Part shown: positions 58,274 through 64,000 of the stretch, one piece after another
Layout of the letters: the number at the start of each line of letters is the position of its first letter
Numbering within the stretch: position 1 is the first letter of the stretch
Source of the DNA: an uncultured Chloroflexia bacterium
GTDB lineage: Bacteria; Chloroflexota; UBA6077; JACCZL01
DNA: 64,000 bases
Reading direction: 5' to 3'
Assembly (NCBI GenBank): GCA_963765765.1
Contig: CAVXYC010000023.1
Location: forward strand, 1-64,000
Made by a program: the position numbers and the translations under genes
The notes under the pieces: model-generated
What the model saw: only the letters and a program-made list of their open reading frames with translations
Databases searched by the model: none
What the model was told of the DNA's origin: nothing

Positions 58274-59647
58274 CTACGGAACAATCGTTTCCATCATCTT
58301 CCGGGCTTCCGGATCGCTCAAGAAGTTGTCATTACGGCGCAGCAATCCCGACCACGCGCGATCGCGATAGGCCGCGCCGTGGCTCGGCCCAAACGGCTCT
58401 TCTCCGTTCTGCATCTTCTTGGCTTCCCGAAGGAGGATGCGGCGCAAGGCGATCACGGCCATATCGGCGGTGCCCAGATGCTCCTTGGTGCGATCCACGA
58501 TGGGGCCCATGCCCAGGGTCACGCAGCCGTCTTGCTCCCGAATGCCACGGACTCCTGAGAACGACTCGGTCTTCTGCAACTGGCGATCCTGGAAGAAATG
58601 ATTCTCCCGATTCGCGAACAAACCGCCCGTCTCCGGGTTGTACGTTCCAATGTGAGCGTAAGGGCCGCTGAACATCATTGCCCGTTCTTCATCGTTCAAG
58701 GGACTCTCGGGACACCAGTACACCGTCCAGATGTCCGTGTGGTGGTCGTCCGTGGGAACCCAGAAGTGGGCCAGAAACATACTCTGGTCTAGCGCCCCAG
58801 CGACGAGCGTGTAATACGGGAAATAGACCTGGTTTATCCGCCAGTAGTACGTGTCCGGATCGGCGTCACGGCGCGCGGCGATCATCATGCCCACATCATT
58901 CGGCTGAATGATCCAGCGCGGTGCAGTGTCTTTCCCTACGTAATAGCCATCCTGCTGGCCGACGAAGAAACGCGACTTGTAGGCCGGCGGCGAGTCATAC
59001 CTGAGCTGGGAATGCAGGAAGGGCACATGGCTGGAATCCACGTCGCCCTCCATCGCCTGGACCCAGTTGCCTTCCAGATTGAACTTGGCGATGTTGCGGT
59101 GGCCAGGCTGGACGCGCATCCACTCCATGTCCGGAACTTCCGGCTGCAAATGCTTCGGGCCCATGTAGACCCAGATCACGCCGGCAACTTCCCGCGCCGG
59201 GTACGAAGTTGTCCGCACCTTGTGCTTGAAGTCTGAATCCGCGGGCTCGTTTGGCATGTCAAGGCAAATGCCGTTCACATCAAACTTCCATCCGTGGTAG
59301 ATACAGCGGAGGCCGTTTTCCTCATTTCGCCCGTAGACCAGCGGCGCTTGACGGTGCGGGCAGAGCGGCTGGATGACCCCGATGCGCCCGCTGGTGTCTC
59401 GGAACACCAGCAAGTCCTCGCCGAACATGCGCGCCTCTTTGGGCGCACCGTCGGCCTCCGGTAAGGCATCAGCCAGCATGAGGGGTGTCCAGAACCGTCG
59501 TAGCCATTGGCCCATCGGTGTATCCGCGCCGACGCCGGTGAGGAGTGCGTTGTCAGTAGCGTTGAGCACGGTGAAGCTCCTGGGGGTTGAGGCGAGAGTC
59601 GGCGGAGGGCGCCAACTGCTCGCCGGCGAGTGAGATTGCGTGGTCAT
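58274..59647 (-). CDS. Rieske non-heme iron oxygenase alpha subunit (phthalate 4,5-dioxygenase/LigX-like group)
   Basis: TPMGQWLRRFWTP, Rieske motif CPHR-x16-CIYHGW, mononuclear iron motif EGDVDSSHVPFLH, EQD, DRTKEHLGTADMAVI..RR. Confidence 0.92.
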   Translation of the reverse strand: MTTQSHSPASSWRPPPTLASTPRSFTVLNATDNALLTGVGADTPMGQWLRRFWTPLMLADALPEADGAPKEARMFGEDLLVFRDTSGRIGVIQPLCPHRQAPLVYGRNEENGLRCIYHGWKFDVNGICLDMPNEPADSDFKHKVRTTSYPAREVAGVIWVYMGPKHLQPEVPDMEWMRVQPGHRNIAKFNLEGNWVQAMEGDVDSSHVPFLHSQLRYDSPPAYKSRFFVGQQDGYYVGKDTAPRWIIQPNDVGMMIAARRDADPDTYYWRINQVYFPYYTLVAGALDQSMFLAHFWVPTDDHHTDIWTVYWCPESPLNDEERAMMFSGPYAHIGTYNPETGGLFANRENHFFQDRQLQKTESFSGVRGIREQDGCVTLGMGPIVDRTKEHLGTADMAVIALRRILLREAKKMQNGEEPFGPSHGAAYRDRAWSGLLRRNDNFLSDPEARKMMETIVP

Positions 59648-59786
59648 CGTAGACCGCGACGGCAAATCTCGTCAAAGAAATCGAGGACCATTGTTGGGTA
59701 TGTCCTCATGTGCGTAAGCACCACGTCCATCACCTGTCTTTGCAGGGGATGGATGGCGGGCGCGGTTGCGCGCCGCACTTCAAGGC

Positions 59787-61034
59787 CTACTGCGGAATCG
59801 TGATCTCCCCGCCCGTCTGTCCGTTCTGCTTACTCTCCCATTCTTTGATGGCGGCGTTAACTTTGGACTCGAATTCCGCCAACGGAATTCCGTCCGTCAG
59901 CTTCTGGAAGATGTCACCATTGTTGAGCTCAGCACCGAGCACCGTCTGAGCGGGACTCGCGACCACGATTGGACCAAACTTCCCTCCGCCAATGACCTCG
60001 CCCTTGAGTAGGTCCGGCACGTAGCTGGGAACGTCGCGTCGTGGCCCGTCGTCGCTGCCCTTGAGCTTCTTGATGAACTCCTGCCCTTCACGACTCGACA
60101 TCCAGTTGATAAAGACCATCCCGGCATTCGGACGCTGCCCGGTCTTGAGCACGCCCATCATCTGTGGAAAGCCCACGATGGGCGTATCAGCAAACGCCAG
60201 GATCTTGATCGGCGCGCCCGCTTCAGCAATGCTGCCCAGCCGATCGCTGCCCGAGCCAATGGCTATCCAGGCTTCGCCGCGCGCCACAGCGGCTTCCTGA
60301 TCCCCCGGCCGAGCAAAGAGCATGGATTCCTGCCTGGCATATAAGGACCAGACATCCTCGAGCGTCATCGTCTTCGAGATGTAGCCCTGCTTGACGAAGT
60401 GCGCGGCGACATTACCGGTCGTCTTGGGATCGTTGAAGGCGATTCTGCCCTTGTACTTCGGATTGGTGGCCAGATCGTGATAGCTGGTCGGGTAGTCGGC
60501 GGGCTTCAGCAGGTTGGTGTTGATGGTCAGGTGTCCGTCTGCCTTGGTCGGGCGGCTGACCACCACGTCCACCATGTCGCCCATGAAGGTGGGCGGCGTC
60601 CGCCAGGCATCTGGCGGGTCGTTGAGGATCGGCATCGGCTGGTCTTTGAGGGGGACGAACCCGCCTTCCCGCCGAAGGTCCGACAGGAACTGCGGCGAGC
60701 CTTCAATCACGTCGGCAGATGGAACGCCGCCCTTGGTCTCCGTGTAGTAGCGCTGAACCAGCACGGCACCGTTGCCCGTAATGAAGTCGACAGGAATTCC
60801 GCTCACCCGCTTGAACTCTTCCGCGATGGTGGTTGCCTCGGTGCCGGTGAACCATTGGGCGTAGACCAGCAGCGTTCCCTCGGTTTTGGCCTTGTCCACA
60901 ATTGCCTGCCAGCCGGTGCTGCTCGGCGCCGCCCCGGACTGGGAGCTGCTTGGAGCGGCGGGTCCGCCCATGCAGGCGGTGGACAGGAGCACCGCGATCA
61001 CGCCGAAGCTGAGACTCGAACGAAGCGTGCGCAT
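59787..61034 (-). CDS. ABC extracellular solute-binding lipoprotein (Fe3+/polyamine-like cluster)
   Basis: Lipobox STAC, WQAIVDKAKTEGTLLVY, INTNL, DLATNPKYKGRI, VARGE, PNAGMVFINWMSSREGQ. Confidence 0.85.
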   Translation of the reverse strand: MRTLRSSLSFGVIAVLLSTACMGGPAAPSSSQSGAAPSSTGWQAIVDKAKTEGTLLVYAQWFTGTEATTIAEEFKRVSGIPVDFITGNGAVLVQRYYTETKGGVPSADVIEGSPQFLSDLRREGGFVPLKDQPMPILNDPPDAWRTPPTFMGDMVDVVVSRPTKADGHLTINTNLLKPADYPTSYHDLATNPKYKGRIAFNDPKTTGNVAAHFVKQGYISKTMTLEDVWSLYARQESMLFARPGDQEAAVARGEAWIAIGSGSDRLGSIAEAGAPIKILAFADTPIVGFPQMMGVLKTGQRPNAGMVFINWMSSREGQEFIKKLKGSDDGPRRDVPSYVPDLLKGEVIGGGKFGPIVVASPAQTVLGAELNNGDIFQKLTDGIPLAEFESKVNAAIKEWESKQNGQTGGEITIPQ

Positions 61035-61094
61035 CAGGACGACCTCCTTTGCATGCGGGCCAGCGCGATGCGCGTTACATCGCGCTTGAGAACA

Positions 61095-61805
61095 TCAATG
61101 CTGTGAGAGCAATCGACCGTAGCCGGGAATTGACTCCGTTAAACCCACGAGCCGCATGGCGTGCCAGATGATGGCCTGGCTGGCGCTGAGCACGTTGACG
61201 TTGAGCTCGTCTTCCAGCTTCTGGATCTGGTCCAGGGTGGCCCAATGGGCGCACTTAAAGAAGACCGTGTCTGTTTCCGGGTGGTCGCCCACGACCTCGC
61301 GCGCAAGCTGGGCCGGCACGTCACTCGGGATCGCGCCAACCTGGATGAACGGGTAGTCGGCGCCTCGCTCGTCCACCACTTCGCAGCCCTCGCGAACCAT
61401 ATGCTCGGACACGGCCGACCGATTGCCGGGTGATACCAGCGCCACTTTGCGAGCGCCGACGGCCTCGAGGGCTCGCATCTGAGCAGTAAGGCTGGTGGTA
61501 ACGGGCACACCGCATTCGTCCGACGTGCGGCGCATCAGGTCATCCACGTTATCGAGGCCGACCGACAAATTGACTGGCGCGCCGCCCAGGACCACGGCGT
61601 CAACGCCGGCGTGAGCCATCTCCTTAGCCGCGCGCAGGCTGAGCGCCAGGCTCTGATCGATCTCGTCAGACTTGACTTCCAGCACTGCCAGCGTTGTAAA
61701 CGCCAGCGTCACCCCCTCGGGAGCAACCTTGTAGAACTCCCGAGGAAAAACCTCCGTCACCATTGGCGGTGACGTGTACCCAATTCGTGCCTGGTGACCG
61801 TACAT
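61095..61805 (-). CDS. Arylmalonate decarboxylase / maleate isomerase (Asp/Glu racemase superfamily) protein
   Basis: ARIGYTSP, EFYKVAPEGV, AGVDAVVLGGAP, HPETDTVFFKCAHW, LEDELNVNVLSASQAIIW, PGYGRLL. Confidence 0.85.
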   Translation of the reverse strand: MYGHQARIGYTSPPMVTEVFPREFYKVAPEGVTLAFTTLAVLEVKSDEIDQSLALSLRAAKEMAHAGVDAVVLGGAPVNLSVGLDNVDDLMRRTSDECGVPVTTSLTAQMRALEAVGARKVALVSPGNRSAVSEHMVREGCEVVDERGADYPFIQVGAIPSDVPAQLAREVVGDHPETDTVFFKCAHWATLDQIQKLEDELNVNVLSASQAIIWHAMRLVGLTESIPGYGRLLSQH

Positions 61806-61860
61806 CGCTGTCCCCTTTCAAATGACCGCGTCTGCTAGGTCGTCTAAGTCGGGCTGATCG

Positions 61861-62647
61861 CTAGGTCGCCTCCTGGAGCAGCCGGCCATATCCGGCGACT
61901 CGTGGTGAAACGTGGGCAAGCCGCAGCCCAGCCCAGAACATCGCCTGCATGCTCGAGACCACCGGAACGCCCAGGTCGGTCTCGAGAGCGTCGATCATGC
62001 CGACACTCGGCAGCGCAGCCCCGGTGATCCAAACGCCGTCCGCGCTCTTTGCCGATTGAAAGAGGGCCCGCGCGGCGCGATATGGGTAGCTCAGCGGCGC
62101 GATCGTGAAGTCAGCAAACTCCGGTGTGCGGCAGGAGCGCGCCGAGACAACGTCAATGCCCGGCGTTGGCGACGTATCGGCTCAATTGCTCGTGCAGCGC
62201 ATCGTCGAATGGGGTAAGCATAGCCACGTGGCGCATACCGAGCGCCTGCATCGCCGCGATACACGCCCCGATGTCGGTGGCCACCGGGAGGGCGGTAACC
62301 TCCGCAACGACATCGCGTAGGCGGTCCTCGAAGCCCCACCCACCCGTGACGATCTGCGGTACGCCGGCCTGGACGAGGACATCGACCTTGCGATTCACCA
62401 GCTCGCGCGTCGCCGCCGGCAGACGACTCAGAAAATCATCAGCCGCACCGGGCGCAAAGACGTCCATCCCCATCGGCGTGAGTGCGATGGTCACACCGCG
62501 CGGGGCCATCAAGTAGAACTCGTAGGCATTGTTCTCGACCACCGCCGACGGCGTAATAAAGCCAATGCGAGCGCGCCACCCGTACGAGGCGCCCTGCTCG
62601 GAAGTAAGTGTCGCGGGCTGATCCCCGACTGGCCGATCCTGGTCCAT
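61861..62647 (-). CDS. Arylmalonate decarboxylase / maleate isomerase superfamily protein (frameshift near 62150)
   Basis: YGWRARIGFITPS, YEFYLMAPRGV, VDVLVQAGVP. Reconstructed C-terminus ADGVWITGAALPSVGMIDALETDLGVPVVSSMQAMFW...GYGRLLQEAT*. Confidence 0.82.
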
Positions 62648-62689
62648 GGCGACTCCTACAATCGCGCGACTCGCCCGCTACCTGGCCGC

Positions 62690-62750
62690 ACTGTACGACC
62701 GCTCCCGGAAGCTGTCAATTTGGCTGTCTGTCTCAATTTGGCTGTCTGTC
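62690..62750 (-). promoter_or_regulatory. Sigma70 promoter with an overlapping 18-bp direct repeat (possible operator)
   Basis: Minus strand TTGACA (62718-62713), 17-bp spacer, TACAGT (62695-62690). tcaatttggctgtctgtc is repeated exactly at 62715-62732 and 62733-62750. Confidence 0.7.
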
Positions 62751-62781
62751 TAATGAGCGCCCTCGAGCATGTGGGGGCGCT

Positions 62782-62890
62782 ACACGTAGCGCGGGGGCTT
62801 GTCTCCTGTACCTGGGAGAGACCGGGTTTACTAAACGGACGTGGGGCGAGGGCGCTCCAGGCACAGGGGACAAGCCCCCGTGCTACGTGT
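62782..62890. repeat. GTAG-type REP doublet, copy 2
   Basis: acacgtagcgcgggggcttgtctcctgtacctgg ... ccaggcacaggggacaagcccccgtgctacgtgt. The right arm matches the arm at 3886-3914 and the spacer is unrelated. Confidence 0.85.
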
Positions 62891-62940
62891 GACTCTGCGC
62901 TATTGGGAAATGGCGAGACTCGCCGACTCCGAAAAATGCG

Positions 62941-62969
62941 TTGACAGGGCTCCGACCCGGGTCTAGAGT
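62941..62969 (+). promoter_or_regulatory. Sigma70 promoter for the plus-strand operon
   Basis: TTGACA (62941-62946), 17-bp spacer, TAGAGT (62964-62969). Confidence 0.7.
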
Positions 62970-63063
62970 GCTAGCGCGCCCGCAGGTCTCGTGATCCGCA
63001 GACAACCGGGCCGGACACGTCCCGGCCCGACCCTGGTGTCCATCAAGTCAACCGGAGGTTTCA

Positions 63064-63780
63064 ATGTCTGTCTATGGTTATCGCGCTCGCATCGGCTATA
63101 CGTCGCCGCCAGTGGTGACCGAGGTCTTCCCGTACGAGTTCTATCGGATGGTGCCGGAGGGCGTGACGCTGGGCGTCACTACGCTCGCCATCCTCGATGT
63201 GACCGCGGATGAGATGCAGCAGAGCATGCAGATCAGCCTGCGGGCCGTCCGAGAGATGGGCAAGGCGGGCATGAACCTCGCTGTGCTGGGCGGATTGCCG
63301 ATCAATCTCACCGTTGGCGTTGACAACGTGGACAATTTGATCAAGGAGACCGAACAGGCTGCCGGTATCCCCATCGCCACTAGCTTCACTTCGCAGATGC
63401 ACGCGCTCGAGACACTCGGAGCTAAGAAGGTAGCCATGGTCCAGCCCGGCGCCCCGGGCGGCTACGAGTTCATGGAGAAGAACGGCTACGAGGTCGTCGG
63501 CTGTGCTGGCGCCGGATTTCCGCTGGCCAACGACTGGGGCAAGGTCCCGATCGACAAAGCCAGAACGATCGCGCGCGAGCTGGTGAAGACGCACCCTGAC
63601 GCCGACACGATCCACTTTCTCTGCCCCCACTGGGCCACCAACTCGGTCATCGATGAGCTGGAGCAAGAGCTCGGCGTGAACGTGTTGACGGCGAGTCAGG
63701 CCATCATCTGGGAGTCCTTGCGCCGCAGTGGCATCGATGATCGGCTTCCCGGCTGGGGCCGGCTGCTACGCGACCACTGA
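63064..63780 (+). CDS. Arylmalonate decarboxylase / maleate isomerase superfamily protein, close paralog of 61095-61805
   Basis: YGYRARIGYTSPPVVTEVFPYEFY, AVLGGLP, HPDADTIHFLCPHWAT, VLTASQAIIW, PGWGRLL. Confidence 0.88.
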   Translation: MSVYGYRARIGYTSPPVVTEVFPYEFYRMVPEGVTLGVTTLAILDVTADEMQQSMQISLRAVREMGKAGMNLAVLGGLPINLTVGVDNVDNLIKETEQAAGIPIATSFTSQMHALETLGAKKVAMVQPGAPGGYEFMEKNGYEVVGCAGAGFPLANDWGKVPIDKARTIARELVKTHPDADTIHFLCPHWATNSVIDELEQELGVNVLTASQAIIWESLRRSGIDDRLPGWGRLLRDH

Positions 63781-63845
63781 TCACTGGTTTTTGACCGCGG
63801 CGCCGGCGAGTCAGCTCGCGGCGCATTCGTGCAGGAGGTCCATCC

Positions 63846-64000
63846 GTGATCACTCACACCGCGCGCCACGCCATTTTGATAATCGCTGCCGCGCTACTCG
63901 TCGCCTGCAGTTCGGCCGCCCCCGCGGGCAAGCCAACTGGCGCTGCCAGCGAGCCAAGCACCGCCTGGCAACAGGTCCTTGACGCGGCCAAAACCGAGGG
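63846..64000 (+). CDS. ABC solute-binding lipoprotein, 5' fragment (paralog of 59787-61034)
   Basis: AGGAGG RBS and GTG start. Reads MITHTARHAILIIAAALLVAC (lipobox)...WQQVLDAAKTE, matching WQAIVDKAKTE. Not in the ORF track because it runs off the window. Confidence 0.75.
   Translation, partial: MITHTARHAILIIAAALLVACSSAAPAGKPTGAASEPSTAWQQVLDAAKTE

Noticed and set aside
1-64000. tRNA, rRNA or CRISPR loci
   Set aside because: None recognised by eye. A covariance-model search was not possible.

Overview
High-GC bacterial window. Gene content (GAF arrays, kinase-STAND proteins, LLM and Rieske oxygenases, family-5 binding proteins) suggests Chloroflexota, but that is inference. Many single-base frameshifts, densest in the repetitive genes, look like uncorrected long-read indels, so genes were reconstructed across frames. 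Layout: (1) 1-9.1 kb, two tandem minus-strand multi-GAF sensors (8 GAF + histidine kinase; at least 7 GAF running off the window edge). (2) 9.6-28 kb, an accessory block with glycogen debranching enzyme, GH15, two MFS, ZIP, DUF1269, an SDH/Clp-like protease, an integrase remnant and a decayed IS1595 carrying a DUF3800-like passenger. (3) 29-47.1 kb, four tandem paralogous genes of about 4.4-4.6 kb, each encoding Ser/Thr kinase - STAND ATPase - divergent TPR-like region - class III nucleotide cyclase. All four kinases have a WNK-like 'with-no-lysine' layout (GEGGKK in the G-loop, Ala at the beta3 Lys position). This array is the best candidate for an undescribed system. (4) 47.3-64 kb, an aromatic-acid-type catabolic/uptake cluster (VOC, cupin, dihydroxyphthalate decarboxylase-like, Dpp-type ABC without ATPases, LLM, Rieske oxygenase, three arylmalonate decarboxylase/maleate isomerase-family genes). 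Three palindromic REP-like families and a heptamer-repeat element that has inserted in frame into two proteins are also visible.
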